This document shows positions 29,554 through 38,718 of a DNA stretch of 64,000 nt, piece after piece. The first letter of the stretch is position 1, and each line of letters begins with the position of its first letter. The position numbers were made by a program, and so were the translations under genes. The stretch covers positions 5,229 to 69,228 of the forward strand of contig PLZA01000067.1 of the NCBI GenBank assembly GCA_003153505.1, read 5' to 3'. Origin of the DNA: Candidatus Dormiibacterota bacterium (GTDB lineage: Bacteria > Chloroflexota > Dormibacteria > Aeolococcales > Aeolococcaceae). Below the pieces are notes generated by a model. It saw only the letters and a list, made by a program, of their open reading frames with translations. It made no database searches and had not been told where the DNA came from.

Positions 29554-30773
29554 CCTCGTCACCCTCGGCTGCTGAAACGACTCAGTACGACCTCGCGATC
29601 GTCGGCGGAGGTGTGGTCGGATGTGCCATCGCTTTCTTTGCCGCGCGCTCAGGGCTTCGCGTCGTGGTTCTAGAAGCCGCGAACCTCAATCGGGGCTCCT
29701 CTGGAAGCAGCGCGGGTAACCTTCACGGGCAGTTACTCAGTCCCGTCGCGCGGCGGTACGTGGGGTCCGCACGCGCGGAGCGACTGACAATGATTGCACG
29801 AGTGCATCTCAAGGCCGTCGAGATGTGGAAGGCCTTGCCTGACTCGATACAAAGTGATGCTTCGGTCGCCCACACGGGCGGATTCATGGTTGCCGAAACC
29901 ATGGCCGGAGCTCAGATACTCGAAGCTAAGGTCAGCTACGAGAAGGCAGCGGGTTTGCCTTCGAGCCTTCTCTCGCAGGCTGAGGGTCGCCGCCTCTTTC
30001 CGATGCTCGGCGAGACTGTAGTGGCTGCGGAGCACTGCGCGGCCGAGGGGTTTGCCAACGCCCTGACAGCGGGACCTGCACTTGCACGAGCGGCGAGGCG
30101 GCTCGGAGCGTCCATCGAGGTGCATTCGCCGATCCGCCGCATCGAGCGCACTGGGAATGCAGCGACCCTTATAGGCGATAGGACGAGCTGGTCGGCGACG
30201 AAGGTAGTGATAGCCGCAGGCTGGCAATCACCATCTATCGATGTCGCTGGTGCTGCCGACTTTACGGTGGACAAAGAGGCGCTGCAAATGCACGTCACCG
30301 GTGCCATAGGTTTCGAGCCGACCGCAGTCGTGCAGCACATCGAGGACCGCCTCACGGTAAAGAGAACACAGTTCGGCACGTGGCTGATTGGGGGCGGCTG
30401 GCCGAGTACGGTCGCGCCCGATGGAAGCCTGGAAGTGAACTGGGATTCGGTCGAGGGCAATTGTGGCCTTGCTGCCCGCATTGTGCCGACACTCCGCTCG
30501 ACCCCGCTACTGCGGACCTGGCCGGCCTTGAGCGCAAGCGTCGGCGAGCGAGGGGTGGTGGTTGGTTGGCTCGATGATGCGCGCACCTGCGCCCTGGCCG
30601 TTCCGGGCGAGACGGGCTTCACGTTGGCGCCGCTTCTCGGCTGCTATCTCGCTGAGAGCATGGTGAGACCAGGCATTCTCGGAGCCGTTGCGGACGATGG
30701 GATGACGATGCTCGACAGGTGGAATCCCGAGGAATCACGCGCCCCCGATGGCACGCGATGTGTCGTCTTCTAG
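29544..30773 (+). CDS. FAD-dependent D-amino-acid oxidase-family subunit, HcnC/OoxB-like
   Basis: GGGVVG, 'NRGSSGSSAGNLHGQ', 'LIGGGWP', 'GFTLAPLLG'. Confidence 0.88.
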   Translation: MAVTSSPSAAETTQYDLAIVGGGVVGCAIAFFAARSGLRVVVLEAANLNRGSSGSSAGNLHGQLLSPVARRYVGSARAERLTMIARVHLKAVEMWKALPDSIQSDASVAHTGGFMVAETMAGAQILEAKVSYEKAAGLPSSLLSQAEGRRLFPMLGETVVAAEHCAAEGFANALTAGPALARAARRLGASIEVHSPIRRIERTGNAATLIGDRTSWSATKVVIAAGWQSPSIDVAGAADFTVDKEALQMHVTGAIGFEPTAVVQHIEDRLTVKRTQFGTWLIGGGWPSTVAPDGSLEVNWDSVEGNCGLAARIVPTLRSTPLLRTWPALSASVGERGVVVGWLDDARTCALAVPGETGFTLAPLLGCYLAESMVRPGILGAVADDGMTMLDRWNPEESRAPDGTRCVVF

Positions 30774-31482
30774 TCTTGAGGGGCCTGATGATAGGGGTCC
30801 CTGAATGACACGGAGTTCGCACGCGCCACACGCAGCCCGCACATTGTCTCGTCGGCGAGTCGCAAGAGTAGCTGCTGCTGTGAACCAATGATGTCGCCGA
30901 CAGATCGATCGATCTCAGGAATGATGACACGCGAAAAGTATCTCCCAAGATCAGGCGGCATGCCGTCGATGTGCAAGCCCGAGAGCTGGTTCACATACCG
31001 AAGGCCACAACGCTGAGTGATGGAGGGCGACATGCACTCCTCGAGTGCAGCTAGAAACGCGGCAAGGCGACGCTGAAAACTCTCCTCCCACGTGGTGAAC
31101 GCATTTGCTGTTTGTAGTGATGCAGAGTCGGGGCCGAGCGAGATCGTCCAGGCTCCCGTCTCGGCAGCAATCTGCCACGCGCCGGCGGTTGGTGCCGGCG
31201 CGACTTAATTGGTTGGCTCGATGATGCGCGCAACTGCGCCCTGGCGGTTCCGGGCGAGACGGGATTCACGTTGGCGCCGCTTCTCGGCTGCTACGTCGCT
31301 GAGAGCATGGTGAGGCCAGGGATCCTCGGAGCCGTCGCGGACGATGGGATGACGATGCTCGACAGATGGAATCCCGGGGAGTCAGGCGCCCCCGATGGCA
31401 AGCGACGTGCCTTCTCCTAGTCTTGGCAGTTGCGATCATGGACGTCCCTGAACGACGCGGGATTCGCACGCGCACGCCACGC
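30562..31482 (+). repeat. Imperfect ~275-bp direct repeat (30562-30836 and 31209-31482)
   Basis: The second copy repeats the last ~70 codons, the stop and the 3' flank of the DAO-family gene. Confidence 0.95.
30837..31204 (-). pseudogene. Internal fragment of a TIGR04255-family protein
   Basis: Manual translation 'WQIAAETGAWTISLGPDSASLQTANAFTTWEESFQRRLAAFLAALEECMSPSITQRCGLRYVNQL'; truncated at both ends by the repeat copies. Confidence 0.7.
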
Positions 31483-31587
31483 CTTTCTATCGTCGCCTCC
31501 TGAGTCCCGGGTTCCACCACCTGTCGCCCGCCGTGGAACTGGACGTATCTCCAGACGCAAGCAGGTCGCGTTTTCGGGCGCCATCCT

Positions 31588-32011
31588 TAGTACTACAACG
31601 CTGGTTGTCATGGGTGCTCACGAAGCCACCGCTTGCGATGGGATGCGGTGGCCGCGGCTTTGCGGCGGTGCTGATGGCGCAGCCAGGCGAGCGCGGCGGC
31701 CACGTCCCAAGTCACGCGCGGCAGCACCACCTCGAGCAATTGGCGAACCTCGGGCACGCTGAGTGCGCCGGATTTTCCCCCCATCTCCTCTGCACCGACT
31801 TCATGAACGCCAGCGCCAGCAACGACAGCGTGATGTGGTGATACCAGCCACGCAACTTGGTTACCTCGTAGTGATCGAGGCCCACCTCGCCCTTGGCCAG
31901 TTCGAAGTTCTCCTCGATCGTCCAGCGCAGACACCCCGTCCAGGCCATCTCCTGCAGTGTCATCGTGGCGGGGGCGTTGGACAGGTAGTACTTCACCTCG
32001 CCGCCGCCCAC
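31588..32011 (-). mobile_element. IS701-family remnant (transposase C-terminus and terminal repeat)
   Basis: 'YYLSNAP...RWTIEENFELAKGEVGLDHYEV..RGWYHHITL', frameshifted 'LSVPEVRQLL' tail, end sequence CGTTGTAGTACTA at ~31588-31600. Confidence 0.88.
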
Positions 32012-33047
32012 CGGAGAGCTACTTGTTGATCGCGTTCTACTCGGTGCGGAGCGAGGAGCTGTTCTGTGAGCGGCTGCAGTACGACCTGCTCTTCAAGTGG
32101 TTCCTTGACATGAATGCCGATGCCCCCTCGTTCGATCCCAGTACGTTCAGCAAGAACCGCGAGCGTTTGTTGAACCACGATGTTGCGAAGCGGTTCTTCG
32201 ATCAGGTGCGCGCGGAGGCAGAAAATCGCCAACTCATCTCCGACGAGCACTTCACCGTGGGCGGCACGTTGCTGGAGGCCTGGGCGTCGGTGAAGAGCTT
32301 CCGGCCCAACGACGACAGCGACAAGGCTGGTGGAAAGCCGGCCGGCAAGAACCCGGATGTTAGCTTCCACGGGACCCGGCACAGCAATACGACCCACCAC
32401 TCAAGGACGGACACCGAGGCGCGCCTGGCCCGAAAGAGCAATGGCACCACGGCAAAGATGAGCTACATGGGTCATGCCCTGATGGAGAACCGGCATGGCC
32501 TGGTGGTGGACGTGGAGTTGACACCGGCAGACGGCCATCCGGAGCGAAAAGCCGCGGTGACCATGCTGAAGAGGCGGCGCACAGAACGCGGTCATGGAGC
32601 GAGGTGGACGCTCGGTGCGGACAAGGGTTATGACAGCGCCGACTTCGTGGACGACATGCGGGAGCTCAAGGTGACCCCGCACGTTGCGCAGAACACGTCG
32701 GGCCGCAGCAGCGCGATCGACGAGCGCACAGCCCGACACCCTGGTTACGACATCAGTCAGCACAAGCGGAAGCGTGTGGAGGAGATCTTCGGCTGGCTGA
32801 AAACAGTCGGAGGAGGCCGCAAGCTGCGCTACATCGGCAAGAAACGTAATGCGATGTGGCTGACCTTCACAGCAGCAGCCTTCAACCTCGTTCGAATGGC
32901 CAACATCGAGCTCGCGACGAGCGGGTAGCGCGTGCTGCGACGCGAACCCCGCGGGTTTCTCGAACCGTTCGAGGCCAATCGGCCCCGTCCAGACCCGAGA
33001 AATCCCCGCCGGGTGTGGGATCAGGGCCTATTTCAGGTCCCTTCTAG
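32010..33047 (+). mobile_element. IS5-family element, 5'-truncated, transposase probably inactive (ORF ends 32928)
   Basis: 'FYSVRSE..FCERLQYDLLFKWF', 'GADKGYD', 'KRVEEIFGW'; first DDE Asp reads G ('VGGTLLEAWAS' versus the usual VDGT); right end ...TTTCAGGTCCCTTCTAG. Confidence 0.85.
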
Positions 33048-33068
33048 CCACTGTGCACGCACAGTGAG

Positions 33069-33953
33069 CTAACGACGTTGCAGCCGCACCTCGAGGGCAT
33101 CCCGCAGTGCGTCGCCCACGAAGTTGAATGCGATGACGGTGAGCACGATCGCCGTACCCGCCGGGTAGATGAGCCACCAGTAGCCGACTTGGATGTAGTT
33201 GAGCCCGTCCGTGAGCATCCCGCCCCAGTTGGCCGCGGGCGGCGGTACGCCGAGACCAAGGAACGACAGCGCGGCAAGCAACAAAATGGCGTTGGCGATC
33301 TCAAACGTCGTCTGGACCACGATAGTGCCGATCGAGTTGGGGACGATATGGCGAAGGATGATGCGCGGGCCGTCCGCCCCTACCACCTTCGCAGCCAGTA
33401 CGTAATCACGACTCCGCAGCGACAGCGCATCCCCTCGAACCAGCCGGGCTGTGGACGGCCACGAGACGAAGGTGATCACCACGATCAGCATCAAAGTGCT
33501 CGGCGTGAAGACGCTGGCGAGGAGCAGAATCAGCAGAAGCGACGGAATCGCAAGCAGCGCATCGACCATTCGCATCAGCAGGCCGTCGACCACACCGCCG
33601 AGATATCCGGCGACCGCGCCGACCGCGGTACCCCATACGCTGGCCAGGAAGGCCGCCGCCAAACCGACTTCCAAGGAGGATTGGCCGCCTAGCATGAGAC
33701 GGCCGAGGATGTCGTAACCGACCCCGTCCGTACCCAACGGGTGTCCGGCTCCTGGCCCTAGCGCCGCGTTCAGCGGATCCGTCTGCACCTGGTTCGTGTG
33801 ATAGACGACCGGGCCCAGGAAGCAGAACACGGTTATCAAGGCGATAATGACGAGACCGCAGGCCGCAAGCCGATTCTGAACGAACACCCTCAGCCACATG
33901 CCATGCCCACTGCGCGGATCACGGTCGTCGATGCTCGCCTCGATTAGCGCCAT
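33069..33953 (-). CDS. Oligopeptide ABC permease (OppC/DppC-like)
   Basis: 'HPLGTDGVGYDIL', 'DYVLAAKVVGA', 'LSFLGLG'. Confidence 0.95.
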   Translation of the reverse strand: MALIEASIDDRDPRSGHGMWLRVFVQNRLAACGLVIIALITVFCFLGPVVYHTNQVQTDPLNAALGPGAGHPLGTDGVGYDILGRLMLGGQSSLEVGLAAAFLASVWGTAVGAVAGYLGGVVDGLLMRMVDALLAIPSLLLILLLASVFTPSTLMLIVVITFVSWPSTARLVRGDALSLRSRDYVLAAKVVGADGPRIILRHIVPNSIGTIVVQTTFEIANAILLLAALSFLGLGVPPPAANWGGMLTDGLNYIQVGYWWLIYPAGTAIVLTVIAFNFVGDALRDALEVRLQRR

Positions 33954-33987
33954 GGGTCATCAGCTCCCCGCGCCGCCCGCTGACGGG

Positions 33988-34935
33988 TCACGAGTAGCGC
34001 ACCCTGGGATCAACGGTCGTATACACCACGTCCGCGATTAGGTTGCCGAGCACAGTTGCGACACCGACCACGATCGTGACGCCCAGCAGGACGTTGTACG
34101 ACTGGGTCGTCGCCGCTTTCCAAAACAGCAGCCCCATCCCCGGGTAGTTGAACACCGACTCGACAATCACATCGCCGGCGAGAGCCGATGGCAGACTCAG
34201 TCCGATCAGCGTGATGACCGGGATCAGCGAGTTGCGTAGCACGTGGCGGCGAAGGATGGCGAACTCTGAAACGCCCTTCGCACGGGCGGTGCGAATGTAT
34301 TCCTGCACCAGCGTGTCCACGGCGGACGACCTCATGAAACGGCTAAACAGCGCGACTGTGACGATCGTCATCGTCGCCACCGGAAGGACAAGACCGATCG
34401 GTTGGCTTAACACCTGACCGACCGTGTCCCCTTGCGAGGCCGACGAGGGAAAGAGGGGTATGGCCACGGCCAGAAACGAGATCAGCAGGATGCCCAACCA
34501 GAACTCCGGCATCGCGTAGCCAACGAAGGCAACCACCGTGACGACGTAGTCGATTGGCTTGTTCCGACGGACTGCCTGAAGAATGCCCAGCGGCACGGCG
34601 ATGACAAGCGACAGCACGTAGGCGAAACCGACCAAGAGCGCGCTTTTCGGAAGAGCCTGACCGATCAGCGAGTCGACCGTCTGGTTATCTTCGAACGAGT
34701 AGCCGAGATCGCCGTGAAGCAACCGTCCGACGAAGGCGATGTACTGCCGCCACACGGGTAGGTCATAGCCGTTTTCCACGACGAAGTTGTGGATCTGGAT
34801 CGCGCTCGCCTTGGGACCCAGAATGGCCTTCGCAGGACCGCCTGGCAGCAGGTGCAAGATGATGAAGACGATGATGGTCACGCCGATCATGACGACCAAG
34901 GACTGGATCAGTCTGCGGACGATGTAGGAGATCAT
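33988..34935 (-). CDS. Oligopeptide ABC permease (OppB/DppB-like)
   Basis: 'YIVRRL', 'GDLGYS', 'EYIRTARAKG', 'ESVFNYPGMG'. Confidence 0.95.
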   Translation of the reverse strand: MISYIVRRLIQSLVVMIGVTIIVFIILHLLPGGPAKAILGPKASAIQIHNFVVENGYDLPVWRQYIAFVGRLLHGDLGYSFEDNQTVDSLIGQALPKSALLVGFAYVLSLVIAVPLGILQAVRRNKPIDYVVTVVAFVGYAMPEFWLGILLISFLAVAIPLFPSSASQGDTVGQVLSQPIGLVLPVATMTIVTVALFSRFMRSSAVDTLVQEYIRTARAKGVSEFAILRRHVLRNSLIPVITLIGLSLPSALAGDVIVESVFNYPGMGLLFWKAATTQSYNVLLGVTIVVGVATVLGNLIADVVYTTVDPRVRYS

Positions 34936-36578
34936 TCCTCGCTTTCCACCTCGGCGCGACGCTCGGCGTACTCCTCCTGCAAGAGCTCGATCGGGACGTT
35001 ACCGTTGCGCCATAGGAAGTCATGCAGAGCAGCCAGGTCGAAGCCCTCACCTCGCTCCAGCGACGCAGCCGCGATCCAAGCCAAGATTTGATGCTTGCCG
35101 ATCACGTACGACAGTCCCAGGCCAGGCGTAGAGGCAAATGCCCCGGCCTCGCTGAACGCGGTGGTCTGGTCCATGGGCACGAGGTCGCGCAGCCGTTCGC
35201 CGGCCTCGAGAATCGTAATGTTCCCGAGGACTAGGTCGAGGTCCACATTGACCCGGAGCCCGCGCAGGCGCATCAGGTTGTACATGACCTGCAACGAGTG
35301 TGGCTTGTCGTCGAAGAGCCCCGCGTGGATCATCAGCTCTTCGTTGTAGTAGGCAATGCCTTCGTTTGCTACCGAGTCGTAGTACTCGCGACGGATCTCG
35401 TTCGACTGCGCCCACGACATCGCCAGCTGCATATAGTGCGCGCCCTCGTGAGTGATACCGATCCGAGGGTCACGTGCATTGGTGCCGTGAAAGTACGGCA
35501 GGTCAGGGCTGGGACTCGGCACGTAGCTGACGGCGTCCTGATCCAGACGGTGAGCGTCAGTCAGGTCATCGGTGACTCCGAGCCACCGCAACGGCCAGAC
35601 GTACGCCGGCATCGGCAGGTTCAGGTAATGCCGGAGGCCGTCCGGAAGCGTCAGCAGGTGCTTGTCAGCGTAGAATTTGCGGACCTGCCGCTCCAGCTCG
35701 GCCTCGATTGCACATTGCTCCTCGGCCGTCGTGGCGACTTGGCTGGGGTCCCCCTCGGCGTTGCGGGCGGCTTGCACCGTCTCCATGAGAACTGCACGTC
35801 TCCATTCCTGCGCTCCGATGCTGGAGAGCTCCTCGGGTGACCACGAGACGCAGGCGATTTCGCGCAGGAAATGGAGGAACCGTTCTCTCCCGACCGGCGT
35901 GAACGGACTCATCTCGGCCAGGCTCCCCGCCAGTGACGCGGCGAAGGATTCCAACGCGCTCGCCGCCCGATTAAGAGCATGGCTGACCGCAGCCTGAGGG
36001 TCGGCTGGCAACTGCGCGCGCAGTGCCGTATCGACCGTAACCAGCGTTTCGGTGATGCCCGCCAGCTCGGCAACGGCGATCTCGGCGTACTCCCGGAAGA
36101 CATGACCGGCGAGGTTGTCAAGTCCTGCAGTCAAGATCGTGGGTATGGCGGTCAGCCGGCACATCAGCTCAGCGACGTACCCGGCGTCGAACGGTGGACG
36201 ACGAAGCATCAGCTCAAAGACCGCGCCGAGTGACTGGTCCACGTAGAAGCTGGGGTTGCAGGCCCAGTTGCGAAGGTCATCAAGCTCCCAGCGAGCCCGA
36301 GCGATGGCCGACCGCAGCAGCCGTGCATCGATCCGGTCAGCGAGGGACGCTGAGGATACGTCGACGCGGTCCAAACGCATGGCGAAGACCGCAAGACGCT
36401 GCTGATATGTGGCGACGTCGGTGGCGGCCCACTTCGCCGTCCAGCCAGTTGGGCGCGGCACTCGACAGATGTCGTCCCGGGTGGCCGGGGCCTGACGGTG
36501 CCGCCACTCCCAGAAGTCCTGCCCTATCGCGGCGAGATCGGCGACGGGTGAGCCCGCGGTCTCAGTCTTCGTTGACAT
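34932..36578 (-). CDS. DUF885-family protein (putative zinc peptidase)
   Basis: 'THEGAHYMQ', 'NEGIAYYNE', 'RLRGLRVNVD', 'LSYVIGK', 'FDLAALHDFL..NGNVP'. Confidence 0.8.
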   Translation of the reverse strand: MSTKTETAGSPVADLAAIGQDFWEWRHRQAPATRDDICRVPRPTGWTAKWAATDVATYQQRLAVFAMRLDRVDVSSASLADRIDARLLRSAIARARWELDDLRNWACNPSFYVDQSLGAVFELMLRRPPFDAGYVAELMCRLTAIPTILTAGLDNLAGHVFREYAEIAVAELAGITETLVTVDTALRAQLPADPQAAVSHALNRAASALESFAASLAGSLAEMSPFTPVGRERFLHFLREIACVSWSPEELSSIGAQEWRRAVLMETVQAARNAEGDPSQVATTAEEQCAIEAELERQVRKFYADKHLLTLPDGLRHYLNLPMPAYVWPLRWLGVTDDLTDAHRLDQDAVSYVPSPSPDLPYFHGTNARDPRIGITHEGAHYMQLAMSWAQSNEIRREYYDSVANEGIAYYNEELMIHAGLFDDKPHSLQVMYNLMRLRGLRVNVDLDLVLGNITILEAGERLRDLVPMDQTTAFSEAGAFASTPGLGLSYVIGKHQILAWIAAASLERGEGFDLAALHDFLWRNGNVPIELLQEEYAERRAEVESEE

Positions 36579-38676
36579 GGTCTGGGTGCCTTCGCTCTAG
36601 GAAGGGCGAGTCGGTCGATACGCCGGCGGCAGCCGGCTGGAGCGGGGTCTCGAGGGGGAAGTGGCAGGCAGCCAGATGGCTGCTGACACCGAACGGACGA
36701 AGCGGTGGCTCGGTCGTTGCGCAGAGTTCGGCGGCTCTCGGACAGCGCGTGCGGAACCGGCAGCCCGAAGGTGGATCGACCGCCGACGGGAGGTCGCCCA
36801 TTATGGCAACTCCTTTGCGCCGTGCGAACATCGGATCGGCCACCGGAACGGCTGACAGCAGGCCGTGCGTGTACGGATGGGCAGGCGCGCCGTACACGTC
36901 GTCCGCCGTCCCGATCTCGATTAGTTTGCCGAGGTACATCACCCCGATCCGGTTGGCGAGGTAACGAACCACCGACAGGTCATGGGAGATCAGGACGTAA
37001 GTGAGCCCCTTCTCGTTCTGCAGGCGCCGCATCAGGTTGAGTACTTGTGACTGGATAGATGCGTCGAGCGCCGATACCGGCTCGTCCGCAACGATGAGTT
37101 GCGGTTCGAGCGAGAGAGCCCGCGCCAGCCCGATCCGTTGACGTTGACCCCCAGAGAACTCGTGCGGGTAGAGCCCCAGCGAACGAGGCGCCAGCCCCAC
37201 GTCGCTCAAGGCTTGCGACATGCGCTCGTCCTGGTCGTGGCGGCTTCCGATGTGCTGTACCGCCAGCGGCTCACGCAGTGTCGAGGAGATCCGCATCCGC
37301 GGATCTAGCGACGCGTAAGGGTCCTGAAACATCAGTTGGACGTCTCGACGCTTGCGGCGCAGCAACCGCCCCCTCATCGCGGACAGTTCATCCTGACCGA
37401 AGCGCACCGACCCCGAGTCCGGCTTCTCCAGAGCGACAATCAGCCTGCCAAGCGTGGTCTTGCCGCATCCTGATTCGCCGACGAGGCCGAAGGTATCGCC
37501 CTTGGAAACTGAGAAGGACACATCGGAGACCGCCTTAACCGATCCCACTCGGCGTTGCAGGACGCCCGCGGTAATCGGAAAGGCCTTGACGACGTGGTCA
37601 AGGACGAGCAGTGGTTGATCAGCCGCGACCGGCGCATCGCCGGCGCCGCCGCTAGGTCGTGCCCAGTCTCGTCGCGCATCGGCTGAACCCGACGTAGAGA
37701 ACAGGCCAGCGACCGGGAAGAAGCACGCAACCTCGTGGTTTCGATCGTGCGCGAGGAGAGTTGGCTCCTCTTGCCGGCAGAGGTCTTGAGCAAACCGGCA
37801 ACGCGGCGCAAAGCGGCATGCGTGCTGATGCGGGCGGGACAGGTCCGGCGGCAGCCCCGGAATGCTGTAGAGAACGTCATTCCGATCGGTGTCGAGGTCC
37901 GGAATCGATGCGAGCAACGCCTGTGTATAGGGATGGTGCATGTGGCGGAAGACCGTAGGCGTGTCGGCTGACTCGACGATGCGCCCGGCATACATCACCA
38001 TAGTCCGGTCCGCACATCGCGCGATCACTCCCATGTCATGGGTGATCAGCAGCATGGCCATGTTCAGGCGCGACTTGAGGTCATCAAGGAGATCGAGGAT
38101 CTGGGACTGGATAGTCACGTCGAGCGCAGTCGTCGGCTCGTCCGCTATCAGCAGCCTCGGCTCGCACGCCAGCGCCATCGCGATGACGACCCGCTGACGT
38201 AGACCGCCGGATAGCTGGTGCGGGTACGCTTCGAGTCGTTCCTTGGGCTTCGGCATGCCCACCAGTGCGAGGACGTCGGCCGCCCTTTCCATCCCCTGCG
38301 TTGCTGAGGCGCCGCGATGCACGCGAACCGACTCGGCGATCTGCTCGCCGATGCTCATCGTCGGGTTCAGTGAAGTCATCGGGTCTTGGAAGACCATCGC
38401 AATGTCGTTGCCCCGAATCCTGCGCATCTCCCGCTCGGAGACCGCGCTGATATCTCGACCCTCGAGCGCGATGGTGCCGCCGGCTCGATGTCCGCCAGGC
38501 GGCAGCAGTCGCATGATTGACATCCCCGTCATGGACTTCCCGGAGCCCGATTCTCCGACCAGTCCGACCGTCTCGCCAGCCTTAATCGTCAAGGACAAGC
38601 CATCCACGGCCTCGACCGTCGAATGCCTCATGCGGATGTGAGTCTTCAGGTCCTTTACCACCAAAAGATCAGGCAT
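36562..38676 (-). CDS. Fused OppD-OppF ABC ATPase
   Basis: Two Walker A motifs (GESGSGKS, GESGCGKT), two signature motifs and two HPYT/CRF..RC oligopeptide C-terminal domains. Confidence 0.96.
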   Translation of the reverse strand: MPDLLVVKDLKTHIRMRHSTVEAVDGLSLTIKAGETVGLVGESGSGKSMTGMSIMRLLPPGGHRAGGTIALEGRDISAVSEREMRRIRGNDIAMVFQDPMTSLNPTMSIGEQIAESVRVHRGASATQGMERAADVLALVGMPKPKERLEAYPHQLSGGLRQRVVIAMALACEPRLLIADEPTTALDVTIQSQILDLLDDLKSRLNMAMLLITHDMGVIARCADRTMVMYAGRIVESADTPTVFRHMHHPYTQALLASIPDLDTDRNDVLYSIPGLPPDLSRPHQHACRFAPRCRFAQDLCRQEEPTLLAHDRNHEVACFFPVAGLFSTSGSADARRDWARPSGGAGDAPVAADQPLLVLDHVVKAFPITAGVLQRRVGSVKAVSDVSFSVSKGDTFGLVGESGCGKTTLGRLIVALEKPDSGSVRFGQDELSAMRGRLLRRKRRDVQLMFQDPYASLDPRMRISSTLREPLAVQHIGSRHDQDERMSQALSDVGLAPRSLGLYPHEFSGGQRQRIGLARALSLEPQLIVADEPVSALDASIQSQVLNLMRRLQNEKGLTYVLISHDLSVVRYLANRIGVMYLGKLIEIGTADDVYGAPAHPYTHGLLSAVPVADPMFARRKGVAIMGDLPSAVDPPSGCRFRTRCPRAAELCATTEPPLRPFGVSSHLAACHFPLETPLQPAAAGVSTDSPFLERRHPDHVNED

Positions 38677-38718
38677 CCAAGGTCCTCTCGAAAACCATGC
38701 CCGCCAGCAACGTTAGTA

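Noticed and set aside
26850..30773. Hydrogen cyanide synthase hcnABC call
   Set aside because: The same families include opine and D-hydroxyproline dehydrogenases; the embedded DapA-like gene and transporter context point to catabolism
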